Of a stretch of DNA of 64,000 bases, positions 17,738 through 27,404 are shown piece by piece; positions within the stretch are counted from its first letter, which is position 1, and every line of letters begins with the position of its first letter. The stretch is taken from positions 60,899 to 124,898 of IMG/VR virus record IMGVR_UViG_3300031463_000001. One strand, given 5' to 3'. A program made the translations under genes and the position numbers. The DNA comes from a virus. Below the pieces are notes generated by a model. The model did not search any database. It worked only from the letters and a program-made list of their open reading frames with translations, and was not told the origin of the DNA.

Positions 17738-18819
17738 TTGTCCTCCATTTTATCAAGTATTTCTTTAAGTTTAGGAATATCTTTTTCGTCTATTCCTAAA
17801 CGTGCTGCAACCCACGTATCAAACTCTTTATCACTGACTTTCCATTTTGGAGCCTCTCGCCATATAGACGAAAGCCAAGCAAGTATCAATTCTCTGTCTT
17901 TGTCTTTCAAGTAGTTAAACACTTTGAGGAAGTCTTCCTTCTTTACTCCCACATTCTTCTTGATGCCTGACTCTAATAAGGTAATCCTATCCCCTTTGTC
18001 TATCTGGTCTAGTAACTCTGGATTTTTGATTACCTCTTCATAGGAAGGCAATTTAGGTTTAAAGTTTACCAACGCCAAAGCAGCTGTCCTTCCTATAAGA
18101 CCTATCAACATTGGAAGACTTATTCCATTTCTTTCTTGCTCGGCTATCAAAGCTCTCTCCCAAGTCCTTGGACAAGCAAAGCCCTGATAGACATCTTCGT
18201 CGAACTCTTCATTAGGAGCAATCAATTTTTCATTTTCGGCGAAGAATCTCTTTAAGAAAGAGCTCATTAAGCCTCTCTTTTCCATGTAGCTTATCCAGCC
18301 TGACTTGTCTCCCTTGACGACGTAGTAACACACTCTGGCTTTCCAAGCCACGTCGTCTTCCCTTACATTGTACTCGCCTGATGGATTGATCGCCCCAAGA
18401 ATTCTCACACTTGAGGGATCAAACTTTAACTCCTTGACCTTCCATTCGGCTAACAATTGAAAGACAGAGTGAGCCAAAGCAGGTTTCGCTCTATTATATT
18501 CGTCTAGGAATATTACGCTTTTCTCTCCCCTGCTCTGTCTCTCAAGTATTTCTCGCCACATAGGCAGAGCTCTCCATTCTACCTCATCTTTCACTTTAAT
18601 AGCAAAGCCAAGGACGTCTCCTACATCCTCAGCCTGGGCTAAGTGAATCACAAATGCTTTCGCACCTGTTGATTCACACGCTTGTAACACTCTGGCTGTT
18701 TTCCCTAAGCCAGTGTTACCCACTAATACCAGTGGCAACATATCTTTCGCCCTTATATGTGCCACTAACTCACTGTCGAGATTTCTCTCGACTATCTTTA
18801 TCTCTTCTCTCTCTTTCAT
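17734..18819 (-). CDS. MoxR-like AAA+ ATPase
   Basis: Walker A GNTGLGKT, Walker B IFLDEYNR, AINP, PRTWE. Confidence 0.88.
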   Translation of the reverse strand: MKEREEIKIVERNLDSELVAHIRAKDMLPLVLVGNTGLGKTARVLQACESTGAKAFVIHLAQAEDVGDVLGFAIKVKDEVEWRALPMWREILERQSRGEKSVIFLDEYNRAKPALAHSVFQLLAEWKVKELKFDPSSVRILGAINPSGEYNVREDDVAWKARVCYYVVKGDKSGWISYMEKRGLMSSFLKRFFAENEKLIAPNEEFDEDVYQGFACPRTWERALIAEQERNGISLPMLIGLIGRTAALALVNFKPKLPSYEEVIKNPELLDQIDKGDRITLLESGIKKNVGVKKEDFLKVFNYLKDKDRELILAWLSSIWREAPKWKVSDKEFDTWVAARLGIDEKDIPKLKEILDKMEDK

Positions 18820-18999
18820 TCGGTCCTCCTTTTTTTAATTTTCCCTTTAACGACAACATGAGGGAAAATTATTTATTTTATAATATATATACAACTAGGC
18901 CTTTAATTTTTTTATTTTTTGAAAGTCTAATTTTAATCCCTCTTAATATCGACGAACGTAGATTTAAACCCGCTGGATTTTTAAATCCTTAAGGAAGAG

Positions 19000-19018
19000 T
19001 CCCCGCTTTATGCGGGGA
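19000..19018. other. GC-rich hairpin (terminator or remnant of an IS605-type end)
   Basis: TCCCCGC-TTTAT-GCGGGGA. Confidence 0.45.
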
Positions 19019-19045
19019 GAGAATTCTAGACTCTGAGGCCCCACC

Positions 19046-19104
19046 TCGATAACATTATTTTATGTTATAATGCTTCATTTCGATAACATTATCTTAGAGT
19101 ATAA
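19046..19104. repeat. Two imperfect 25-bp direct repeats with a 34-bp period; the first overlaps an extended -10 (TGTTATAAT)
   Basis: TCGATAACATTATTTTATGTTATAA and TCGATAACATTATCTTAGAGTATAA. Confidence 0.6.
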
Positions 19105-19329
19105 CCTTGATGATACAAAAGTTTATGCTACTCCCCAAAAACACCCATCAAGGAACACGCTCCACACAAAAACTCAAAAGGGACTCAACACAAAAGGAAC
19201 CTGGTTAATGGTTATGACCCCACGTGAATTTTTTTGCTAAAAAAATCCACTAAAGGGGGAAAATACATCAAAAAAAAGAAGGTAATGATTTTCTTTTTAT
19301 CGTTAAGGATTTATATATTGGAGGTAGTT

Positions 19330-20196
19330 ATGGAAATAGAAAGAATACTAAGAGACCCCACAATATTAGAGAAAGGTTATACAGTGAAGGATGCAAGATT
19401 GAGGAAACTGATAAAACAGGCAACCGAAAAATATTATATGAATTATGGAAATTACAGTGGTGAGGAGTACGTGGAAGCATTTTCAGCTCACCTAGAAGCC
19501 GAAAAAGCATTTAAAAAAGCAGAAGATTTACTATTAGAGGATAAAGAGCTACCTCCAGAGATAATAGATGCAATAGCAAAAGTGCCTCGCTATGCAGAAC
19601 AATTAGGAGAACTTTTGATAGATTTTAATAAAGACGTACCCACTAAGATAAAGGATAGTATTAAATGGCATAGTGACTATTCTAATAATTTTATAGCACA
19701 TTTAATAGAAAAAGATAAAGACGTACCCCAAGAATTTATTGAAAAAATAAATGGGGGTAATTTATCCCGTTTATTTTTTAAATATTTAGAAAGAGGTAAA
19801 ACGATACCTCCCGAAGTTTTGGATAATTTTAGGCATGCCCCAACAACTTCACTAAAGGTAGCTTTAAAGCTTATAGACATGGGTAAAGAGATTCCTCTTC
19901 CCATATTAGAAGGAATAGGACAAGATCATTATGATGCTACAGAATTTGCAGATTATTTATTAGAAAAGAAAGGTGAAGTTGCTCCAGAACCAATTATAAG
20001 AGGATTATTGAAAGACTCTTTTGCAGCAGGTAATTATGCAGTAGATTTAGCAGAATTGGATATTCCTGTTCCTCAACTTTTGATTGATGGATTAGACCCT
20101 TTCCAATTAGGAAGATACAAAGAAGTATTAAGAATGAAGTTTAGTCAACAACATCCGGGTGAAGACCTTCCAGATTATTTGGATTATGGAAGTTAA
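19330..20196 (+). CDS. Divergent helical-repeat protein with a family-like N-terminus
   Basis: GGAGGT RBS before ATG 19330 (MEIERILRDP); about 27-aa repeats of the type L.DKDKDVP.EII..I. Confidence 0.75.
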   Translation: MEIERILRDPTILEKGYTVKDARLRKLIKQATEKYYMNYGNYSGEEYVEAFSAHLEAEKAFKKAEDLLLEDKELPPEIIDAIAKVPRYAEQLGELLIDFNKDVPTKIKDSIKWHSDYSNNFIAHLIEKDKDVPQEFIEKINGGNLSRLFFKYLERGKTIPPEVLDNFRHAPTTSLKVALKLIDMGKEIPLPILEGIGQDHYDATEFADYLLEKKGEVAPEPIIRGLLKDSFAAGNYAVDLAELDIPVPQLLIDGLDPFQLGRYKEVLRMKFSQQHPGEDLPDYLDYGS

Positions 20197-20199
20197 CTC

Positions 20200-20394
20200 C
20201 TAGCTAATGTACACTCTTTTGAGATTTCTTTTCCGAGATATTATATTTTTAAAAAAATCCTTAATCTCATCCAAAGTACCAACACATCGAACTATTCGAT
20301 CTTCGTCGGATACGACATATTTATACCAAGTACCTTCATTTTTTCGACTAATTCTATAAAACACATCTTTTTTGCAACTCATTCTAACCCCCAT
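20200..20394 (-). CDS. Hypothetical protein
   Basis: ORF in a minus-strand run. Confidence 0.45.
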   Translation of the reverse strand: MGVRMSCKKDVFYRISRKNEGTWYKYVVSDEDRIVRCVGTLDEIKDFFKNIISRKRNLKRVYIS

Positions 20395-20407
20395 TCACAA
20401 CATTCCT

Positions 20408-20737
20408 TTATCGAGATTTAATAGTAAAGATTGCAGGATTTATTACACCTTTTTCGTCACCCTTACCAAATTGTTTATTCCAATATAATTTAAACTCTTC
20501 TCCTCGAGGATGAAAGTGAGCTATAGCTGCAGCCATACAACCAGCTTGGAATCCTGTAATATCGCTATCTTTAATTCCTAATCTTTCAGCCTCTTCACAC
20601 GACATTCCTTTATCGAGATTTTCGCACACCTTAACAACAACATCAACGACAGCACTCCCATAAGGATCGTCGTTCTTTTGAACGTAATTTTCCCATTCAT
20701 GTTTTAACTCTTCAGTTTTTGTTGTTATCATTTTCAT
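20408..20737 (-). CDS. Hypothetical protein
   Basis: GGAGGAG RBS; globular-looking sequence. Confidence 0.7.
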   Translation of the reverse strand: MKMITTKTEELKHEWENYVQKNDDPYGSAVVDVVVKVCENLDKGMSCEEAERLGIKDSDITGFQAGCMAAAIAHFHPRGEEFKLYWNKQFGKGDEKGVINPAIFTIKSR

Positions 20738-20762
20738 TTTTTCTCCTCCGTTAAAGATTTTT

Positions 20763-20966
20763 TCATTTTGGTTCCTTACGAAATTTATCTATCTTATCAG
20801 CTAAAGAATTAAAGGAATCTACCTCAAACTTATACTCATCAGGAAGTCCATTTGTTAATATTATTAAGGAAGCATGGATGTGATTAGGATAACATGTTAT
20901 TCTCATTTCCCAATCTTTATATTTTCGTTTTAATTTATTTGTTATAATATCCATTTTATTTTTCAT
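20763..20966 (-). CDS. Hypothetical protein
   Basis: ORF in the operon. Confidence 0.5.
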   Translation of the reverse strand: MKNKMDIITNKLKRKYKDWEMRITCYPNHIHASLIILTNGLPDEYKFEVDSFNSLADKIDKFRKEPK

Positions 20967-20969
20967 AAT

Positions 20970-21233
20970 TTATCCTTTAAAATTTACTTTATATTCTTTT
21001 GGAGGAACATAATAATTAAAGATTGGTTCAAGTTCATTTTCATTTATTATTTGATTATTTTTATCTATGTGAACATAAAATGTTTTTGGAACTTTTGGAG
21101 GAACATAATACTGTTCACTAGATATTTTAACTCCATTTCTAGTAGAGAATGGACCTAGAAAACAGGCTCCTCCAGAATTTATAAACACGATAGCTTTATT
21201 GTAACACTTAATTTTAGACTTTTGTGGTTTCAT
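20970..21233 (-). CDS. Hypothetical protein
   Basis: AGGAGG RBS; YYVPPK occurs twice. Confidence 0.6.
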   Translation of the reverse strand: MKPQKSKIKCYNKAIVFINSGGACFLGPFSTRNGVKISSEQYYVPPKVPKTFYVHIDKNNQIINENELEPIFNYYVPPKEYKVNFKG

Positions 21234-21242
21234 AGTTTCCTC

Positions 21243-21416
21243 CTATTTTATGAATTTCCAACAAATCCAGATCCACACCAAAATCCAACTTAGCATCATA
21301 GTTGTTACAAATTTAACTCTTTCTTTATCACCCTCATTACTGATAAATAGTGTAGAAATTGACGCAAATATCAGCATTGTTATAATTCCTCCACCAATGT
21401 ATAGGAACCAATTCAT
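21243..21416 (-). CDS. Small two-helix membrane protein (57 aa)
   Basis: Not in the ORF track. AGGAGGTG RBS; MNWFLYIGGGIITMLIFASISTLFI...MMLSWILVWIWICWKFIK. Confidence 0.7.
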   Translation of the reverse strand: MNWFLYIGGGIITMLIFASISTLFISNEGDKERVKFVTTMMLSWILVWIWICWKFIK

Positions 21417-21430
21417 TTGAATTCACCTCC

Positions 21431-21832
21431 TTATATATAATTATCTTTTATATATTGTTTTTTAAGATAAAAAATTATTAAATAATTATCTTTCATTAAA
21501 ATCCATTTATAAATTCCGAAAAAATGTTCATTTATAATTTTTGAAATATTATAGTCTGTAAATTCTTGAACAATTTTTGCAAATTTGCTTGAAGTTAATA
21601 TTTCTCTTTGTTCATATTCTATTATTTGATGATCATTGTGTTTAAACATATTCACATTAGTGAATATTTTTTTCTTGTCAAGATATATTCCTTTTTCGGA
21701 AATTGTTATATGTTTTTTCTTTTTAAATATTTTTTTATTCCCCCAACAGTTAAGAACAAATTCTTCAAGATTATTTCTCCAGTTATTATTTTGAAGTTCT
21801 AACTCTAATCTTTTGTATTCTTTTTTATTCAT
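21431..21832 (-). CDS. Hypothetical protein
   Basis: AAGGAG RBS. Confidence 0.6.
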   Translation of the reverse strand: MNKKEYKRLELELQNNNWRNNLEEFVLNCWGNKKIFKKKKHITISEKGIYLDKKKIFTNVNMFKHNDHQIIEYEQREILTSSKFAKIVQEFTDYNISKIINEHFFGIYKWILMKDNYLIIFYLKKQYIKDNYI

Positions 21833-21875
21833 TTTCTCCTTATTACTCCTATTATTTCTTTTTGCATCTTACCGC

Positions 21876-22202
21876 CTATTCTAATGGTTCTATCTCATAA
21901 TTCAAGTTGATTGTTTTATCCATTACATATATAAACCACTTATAAAAAAGTTCTTTTTCAAGTTTAATTATATCCTTATTAGGAAGAGAAGATTTAATAA
22001 TGATAAAAAGTTCATCCCATCCTTCTTCAGGATCTATACAATATTCTAATTGAAGATGAGATTTATAACCTAAAATACTATTAATTTTTTGTGCAGAATC
22101 CAAAAGAATTTTAATTAATTTTTTATTTTGAGAAAGAAAATTCTTAATATCATCAGGATTCTTAAATTCAAAAATATTTTCAAGTTTTTCGACTTTGTTC
22201 AT
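21876..22202 (-). CDS. Hypothetical protein
   Basis: ATGA-coupled; DPEE..DELFIII motif. Confidence 0.6.
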   Translation of the reverse strand: MNKVEKLENIFEFKNPDDIKNFLSQNKKLIKILLDSAQKINSILGYKSHLQLEYCIDPEEGWDELFIIIKSSLPNKDIIKLEKELFYKWFIYVMDKTINLNYEIEPLE

Positions 22203-22687
22203 TTTTTCCTTTTTATATTATTCATTTTTCTTTTAAGTTTTTGCTTTAATTCAGAAATTTCTTTCAAAGCCTTATTAAAAAGGTCTTCACTTACCCATCG
22301 ACATTTTTCTGGAGTATTATCTTCGTAAACCAATACGTTCCAGTTACATCCTAATATTTCTACGTTTCTTATTGTATAAGAAAACAAAGCTCTTTCTATT
22401 TCGTTTCCTATTGTTATTATTTCTATTTTGGTATATCTAGCTTTTTTATTTATACTCTCTTTTATAAATTCTTTAAATCTTCCACAATTAGGATCTACCT
22501 CTCCTATATATGCCACATAACATTTCTTTACATCATAGCACCTCAAATCATTCCACTTTATAGCTCCATATTCAAATTTTCTTTCTATTTCTTTTTTTAC
22601 CTCTCCATTTTCATAGAAAGATTCTATTAATGCATTTATTTCTTCTTTAATTTTTTCTTCTTCTTTAATTTTTTCTTCTTCGTTCAT
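22199..22687 (-). CDS. Hypothetical protein
   Basis: AGGAGGT RBS; N-terminal EEEKIK tandem duplication. Confidence 0.6.
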   Translation of the reverse strand: MNEEEKIKEEEKIKEEINALIESFYENGEVKKEIERKFEYGAIKWNDLRCYDVKKCYVAYIGEVDPNCGRFKEFIKESINKKARYTKIEIITIGNEIERALFSYTIRNVEILGCNWNVLVYEDNTPEKCRWVSEDLFNKALKEISELKQKLKRKMNNIKRKK

Positions 22688-22770
22688 TTTAACCTCCTAT
22701 TACTTTTTTGGTTTTTTGGGATTAATTTTTTTTGAATATTCTTTTTTTGAATTCTTAAAGGGTGAACCTC

Positions 22771-23115
22771 CTAATTAATGCACTTCATAACATGTTTCAT
22801 AAATAAATAAGCAATCCAACAAACAAAGAAAATGCCAAAAATTAGATAAGGAACAAAAGAAAGAGGATAACCTAAAGTTTCCCATTTTGAAACCGAATTA
22901 TTTAAATGGGGAGAATTAAGGTAATTAAGGGAAAGCTTTTTGATTGAGTTATTGATAAGATCAAGTTCCTTAAATGTTTCTTTCTTAGCCATATTTAAAG
23001 GTTTCCCAGCGGAAACTTTATTTCGTATAACTTGAGCAGCCTGTCGAGCAGTATTCTGAACTATCTCCAAAGAATAAATTTCTTGACGAACTTTTACATC
23101 ATCCCTTTTATTCAT
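22771..23115 (-). CDS. Protein with a C-terminal transmembrane helix
   Basis: PLSFVPYLIFGIFFVCWIAYLF; GGAGG RBS. Confidence 0.65.
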   Translation of the reverse strand: MNKRDDVKVRQEIYSLEIVQNTARQAAQVIRNKVSAGKPLNMAKKETFKELDLINNSIKKLSLNYLNSPHLNNSVSKWETLGYPLSFVPYLIFGIFFVCWIAYLFMKHVMKCIN

Positions 23116-23204
23116 AAGCTTCCTCCAATAATGATATTACACATATGGTTTAGTTTTTTTTGCCCTTTCGAATTATCGTTTATGATTTAAATAGAAGAAT
23201 TAGT

Positions 23205-23813
23205 ATGAAAAAAGAAAGTAAAATAAATATTGTTGATTTATTAAAAGATCCAAATAAAGCTAAAGAAGTATTAACAATGGCTATAGATAATGGAAATAAA
23301 GAATTAGCCGAATTGTTAATTCCTATAGCCAAAGATCCCTATTTAACGTATAGTTATGCCTACTTAATAAATAAACCAGTTAAAGATGAGTTTGAAGATA
23401 TTATTGCTAAAAATTCTTTTTATTCTTATCAATATGCATTAGATATTTTACAGGGACCTTTCCTAAAAGGAGAAGATGCTATCTCTAAAAGTTCAGAATA
23501 TTCTTATAGATATGCCTTAAATATTTTACATAAACCATTTCCTAAGGGTGAGGATGCCATTACTAAAAATTCTTTTTATTCTTATCATTATGCTGCAGAT
23601 GTTTTACATAAACCATTTCCTAAAGGAGAAAATACTATTGCTGGAGATTCTTTTTATTCTTATAATTATGCTAAAGATATATTAAAAGATAGATTTATTA
23701 AAGGAGAAAAAACAATAATAAATTCAGAATGGTTAAATGATTATATTAGGTTTCTTAAAGAGATAAATAAACTAGATGAATTCTTAAATGATCATCCAGA
23801 GGTTAAATTATGA
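23205..23813 (+). CDS. Repeat-protein family member
   Basis: MKKESKINIVDLLKDP; NSFYSYxYA repeats; LDEFLNDHPEVKL. Confidence 0.92.
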   Translation: MKKESKINIVDLLKDPNKAKEVLTMAIDNGNKELAELLIPIAKDPYLTYSYAYLINKPVKDEFEDIIAKNSFYSYQYALDILQGPFLKGEDAISKSSEYSYRYALNILHKPFPKGEDAITKNSFYSYHYAADVLHKPFPKGENTIAGDSFYSYNYAKDILKDRFIKGEKTIINSEWLNDYIRFLKEINKLDEFLNDHPEVKL

Positions 23814-24166
23814 ATATATCAAAGTTGTTAAAAGATCCAAAAAAATTTGATGATTTTTTGTATCATGAAATTCAACATAACGATTTTTCAACATCTAGAA
23901 TACTTATTCCTTATACAAAAAATCCAGCAATTATTCACGCTTTTCTAAAAAAATTTAAAGTTAAAATTCCTTCATTAGAAAATTTAATTACTCAAAATCC
24001 ACATTTGGCATTAAGTTATATTGATAATGTTATTAAAGATCGCTGGCTTCCTGGAGAAGAAGCCATTCTTAAAAATGAAGAAGATTTGGAATATTATAAA
24101 GACTTCCTTAAATCTATTGGTAAACTAGACGAATTCTTAAAAGATCATCCAGAGGTTAAGAATTGA
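23810..24166 (+). CDS. Repeat-protein family member
   Basis: MNISKLLKDP...LDEFLKDHPEVKN. Confidence 0.9.
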   Translation: MNISKLLKDPKKFDDFLYHEIQHNDFSTSRILIPYTKNPAIIHAFLKKFKVKIPSLENLITQNPHLALSYIDNVIKDRWLPGEEAILKNEEDLEYYKDFLKSIGKLDEFLKDHPEVKN

Positions 24167-24221
24167 ATTCTAAAATTGAAGGTATTTCATTTTTTGAGAA
24201 AATTAATTTGAAGAGGAATAA

Positions 24222-25034
24222 ATGAAAAAACTTATAAAATTAATAAAAGAAGGTAAGATAAATATTGGAGAAATATTAAAAAATCCTTTAATATTAAAGA
24301 GTTACAAATGGGAAGATGTTGAAGCATATGGAAAAGAAGTACTTGAAAGAACCCAAAAAACTGAAAAAGAATTAGAAGAAACCTTAACTGAAGCGTGGGA
24401 AAAATATGGTAATGAATATTTTTTAATTCCAATTGAGGAGTTGGGTTTAAATGAGTCTGTAATTAGATTACTTAAAAGTGAAGGAATTAAGAATGTAAGT
24501 GAATTAGCTTCTCTTACTGAGGATGATTTAAGAAATGTAGTGTATCTATCTGAAAAAACTATAGATCTTATAAAAGAAAAATTGAAAGAAATGGGATTAG
24601 AACTAGGAGAAGGAAAAGAGTTTGATGTTGAAAAAATGAATCCCTATAGAATAAATATCAAATTTGAGGAGTTATTGCATAATAAAGATGAAGAAAGGGC
24701 TACAAAACTTTTACCTTACATAGATAAACCAGACTTATTAGTTAATTATGCAATTAATTTTAATACTAAACTACCCCCAGAACAAGAACAAATAGTTGCT
24801 AAAAATCCTTATGCTTCATTAGCTTATGCACTTAAAGTATTAAAAGATAGATTTATTCTGGGAGAACCTTCAATAGTAAAAATGTATGATGAGATGAGAA
24901 GAAAGATGCCCCAAAAAGGAGAAGAAAACCTAATGGCTACTATACAGGCTCTTATTCATGAATATTTTATAATGCTAAATTCAGTAGGTAAGCTGGAAGA
25001 TTTTATGAAAGATTATCGGAATCTTTTTCATTAA
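24222..25034 (+). CDS. Repeat-family member carrying an RNA polymerase alpha-CTD-like domain
   Basis: PIEELGL...IRLLKSEGIKNVSELASLTEDDL...LSEKTIDLIKEKLKEMGLEL matches the alpha-CTD HhH consensus; flanked by family caps. Confidence 0.85.
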   Translation: MKKLIKLIKEGKINIGEILKNPLILKSYKWEDVEAYGKEVLERTQKTEKELEETLTEAWEKYGNEYFLIPIEELGLNESVIRLLKSEGIKNVSELASLTEDDLRNVVYLSEKTIDLIKEKLKEMGLELGEGKEFDVEKMNPYRINIKFEELLHNKDEERATKLLPYIDKPDLLVNYAINFNTKLPPEQEQIVAKNPYASLAYALKVLKDRFILGEPSIVKMYDEMRRKMPQKGEENLMATIQALIHEYFIMLNSVGKLEDFMKDYRNLFH

Positions 25035-25239
25035 CTTTTTTGAATATATTAACCAACTCGATTTCGTTAAATTCTTCGTTTGTTTCATTAATCTTGTATT
25101 TTATGTTTTCTAATCCTTTCACACTATAGTTAATTAGATTTGACATTTGATTAAATGTTAAATCCATATTTCCTACACCGGGTTCAATTCTATTAAATGT
25201 ACAATTCATATATTTATTTTTAAATTCATCTTTGTTCAT
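25003..25239 (-). CDS. Hypothetical protein
   Basis: Likely start MNKDEF after GAGGAG. Confidence 0.5.
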   Translation of the reverse strand: MNKDEFKNKYMNCTFNRIEPGVGNMDLTFNQMSNLINYSVKGLENIKYKINETNEEFNEIELVNIFKKVNEKDSDNLS

Positions 25240-25359
25240 ATTTTCTCCTCTTTTTTTAAGATATGAAAACGAATTTTTGGTATATTTAAAGTTAAACATT
25301 TTAACCAAAATTTTAATGCTTTAAATAAATTAGAGGTAGCAAAATATTTTTCAGGTTTT

Positions 25360-25716
25360 TTATCTCGCGCTATTTCTATAACTATTTTCATTAATCATTC
25401 TCCTCAATTTTGCCTTTATTTCATTTAATGAAGATATTAATTTATTTATTTTTTTAAAATTTTTTGCTTGTTTTTCAGTTAAAACTAAAATATCATCCTC
25501 TTTTTCAAACGAATAAGTAAGATTATCTAATGTAATTTTGTCATTTAAAAGTTTTCCTTCATATATATGTATAGGAATAGATGGGTTACAAATATCTTTA
25601 ATTACTTCATGTAGTATAATTTTATCTATGGCTTTAAATTTTTTAACTTCTTTCATACTTTTTAAACAAGTTTTTTTAAAAATTATTTCCCCAATAAAAT
25701 TAGGAAAGTTGTTCAA
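25360..25716 (-). CDS. Hypothetical protein
   Basis: ORF overlapping the upstream gene. Confidence 0.5.
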   Translation of the reverse strand: MNNFPNFIGEIIFKKTCLKSMKEVKKFKAIDKIILHEVIKDICNPSIPIHIYEGKLLNDKITLDNLTYSFEKEDDILVLTEKQAKNFKKINKLISSLNEIKAKLRRMINENSYRNSAR

Positions 25717-26269
25717 TTGTGCGAGAATCCCAATTTTCTAAATCCCAATTTATTACATATTCAATAGTTTTAAGTTGGTTGGTACTTTTATAGAATTTTA
25801 GGGCAGGTATATGATATATTTTATAACTAGGTTTAATAAAGAAAATGGATGTTTGATATAAAGTTCTTTTAAATAAACAAGATTTTAATATTTCTAGAGG
25901 TTTCTCAAAATTAGGACACACCACAAAGTTTACACCCTGAAAATAAGAAAATCCGTCCGAAATAACTAAACCAAAAGTTATAAAAGATCCTTTTTCTTTT
26001 ACTTTAAAATGAAGTTCAATAACAAAAGAAGAATTTATTTTTATTACATTTTTAGGAATTTCTATTTTTGATTTATTCAGAAAATCTACAAAAAAAGATG
26101 AACCTAAAGGTTTATGATTAAAAGGTTTACCATTATCAAAATAAATATAAAGACCTTCATTAACTATAGGAAGATTTTTAAAATCAGGAAAAGTTACAAA
26201 TATAGGAATTAAAGCATTATTTTTTCTAATCTTAAATCTGATTATTGGAATATTTTTAAGTCGATTCAT
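25700..26269 (-). CDS. Hypothetical protein
   Basis: 189-aa ORF. Confidence 0.6.
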   Translation of the reverse strand: MNRLKNIPIIRFKIRKNNALIPIFVTFPDFKNLPIVNEGLYIYFDNGKPFNHKPLGSSFFVDFLNKSKIEIPKNVIKINSSFVIELHFKVKEKGSFITFGLVISDGFSYFQGVNFVVCPNFEKPLEILKSCLFKRTLYQTSIFFIKPSYKIYHIPALKFYKSTNQLKTIEYVINWDLENWDSRTIEQLS

Positions 26270-26561
26270 TAGATGACAAAAAACTTAATACTTTTTCTAG
26301 ATAATTGAGAGAGGTATTTATTTGATTTAATTCTTTTTTAATATTTAATTTTTTTTGAATTAATCCTTTTAAAGAAGTTTCCATATATAAATTTCTTTCT
26401 CTGTCTGTTCGTATATTTAAGTAAACCTCATCTTTTCTTAATATATTAAATTGAGCGTCCAAAATTTCAATTTCTATATCTAATATTTGGTTTTCTAACT
26501 TACACTTTTTTTCTCCTAATTCTTTATATTCATCTAATAATTTTTTTAATTCATTTGTCAT
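26256..26561 (-). CDS. Coiled-coil protein
   Basis: Heptad-rich helical sequence; preceded by the shared upstream motif. Confidence 0.6.
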   Translation of the reverse strand: MTNELKKLLDEYKELGEKKCKLENQILDIEIEILDAQFNILRKDEVYLNIRTDRERNLYMETSLKGLIQKKLNIKKELNQINTSLNYLEKVLSFLSSNEST

Positions 26562-26718
26562 ACTCGATTTATTAAAATTGAAAACGACAAATTTTCAGTT
26601 AAGTTTGGTTTTCCCAAAAATATATGTTGAAATTCACTAAAACGCGAAATTTAGTTCATGAAAATGTGGGTAGCCTTAAAAAATAAAGAGAATTAAGTAA
26701 CCAATTTTTAATAAAATC

Positions 26719-27072
26719 ATGTCTGTTACTAAATATCAACTATTAAATTATTTGTTTTTAATAGGAGATTTTGAAAAAATAAAAGAAAAATGGGATACAT
26801 ATAAAGAAGACTGGTTTATTGTAAGATCTTTAATGAATAATGCTTTATTTTATAAAAAATTGGAGTTAGTTTATTTTTTCTTAGAAAAGAATATAGATTA
26901 TCCTCAAGAAGACTTATTCCATTACGCACTTAAGTATCAAGAGGATAAATTATGGAATTTGGTAAAAAATAAAGAAGACTTTATACCTCTTATCAAAGAA
27001 GAGGCATACAAAAATAAGGATATGTGGTTAATTTCTAAAATAGAAGAATTAGAAAAAATTAAGGAGGTTTAA
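26719..27072 (+). CDS. Small helical (ankyrin-like) protein
   Basis: LMNNALFYKKLELVYFFLEKNID and LFHYALKY segments. Confidence 0.55.
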   Translation: MSVTKYQLLNYLFLIGDFEKIKEKWDTYKEDWFIVRSLMNNALFYKKLELVYFFLEKNIDYPQEDLFHYALKYQEDKLWNLVKNKEDFIPLIKEEAYKNKDMWLISKIEELEKIKEV

Positions 27073-27404
27073 TGAATAAGCATTGGAGAAATAAAGGGAT
27101 TAATATGTTTATATTGATTTCACCTTTATTAATCATATCATTAATTTTACTTATTCTTTTTCATAAAAGTAAAGTTAATTCAAGTTATTATGGTAAAGTT
27201 TTTTCTAAATCCATACGGTCAAACCATACGTATGTTGTTTTAGCATTAGAAGGGATTGATGAAGAATTTAAATTTGATAATTCCGATTTTTTTCAAGATG
27301 ATCTTGTTGTTGGAGAATATATAGAAGTTAATTGCGATAGTAATGGAGAATGTAAACCAGTATTTTTAAACCAATCTAAAAGGGTGGAAATGGTAATTGA
27401 GTGA
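27072..27404 (+). CDS. Membrane-anchored protein
   Basis: N-terminal hydrophobic helix; AGGAGG RBS. Confidence 0.65.
   Translation: MNKHWRNKGINMFILISPLLIISLILLILFHKSKVNSSYYGKVFSKSIRSNHTYVVLALEGIDEEFKFDNSDFFQDDLVVGEYIEVNCDSNGECKPVFLNQSKRVEMVIE

Noticed and set aside
19042-19070. XerCD dif site
   Set aside because: TTATGTTATAA resembles the XerD arm, but the spacing to ATAA is 7 rather than 6 nt and the other arm is poor; kept only as a repeat and extended -10.
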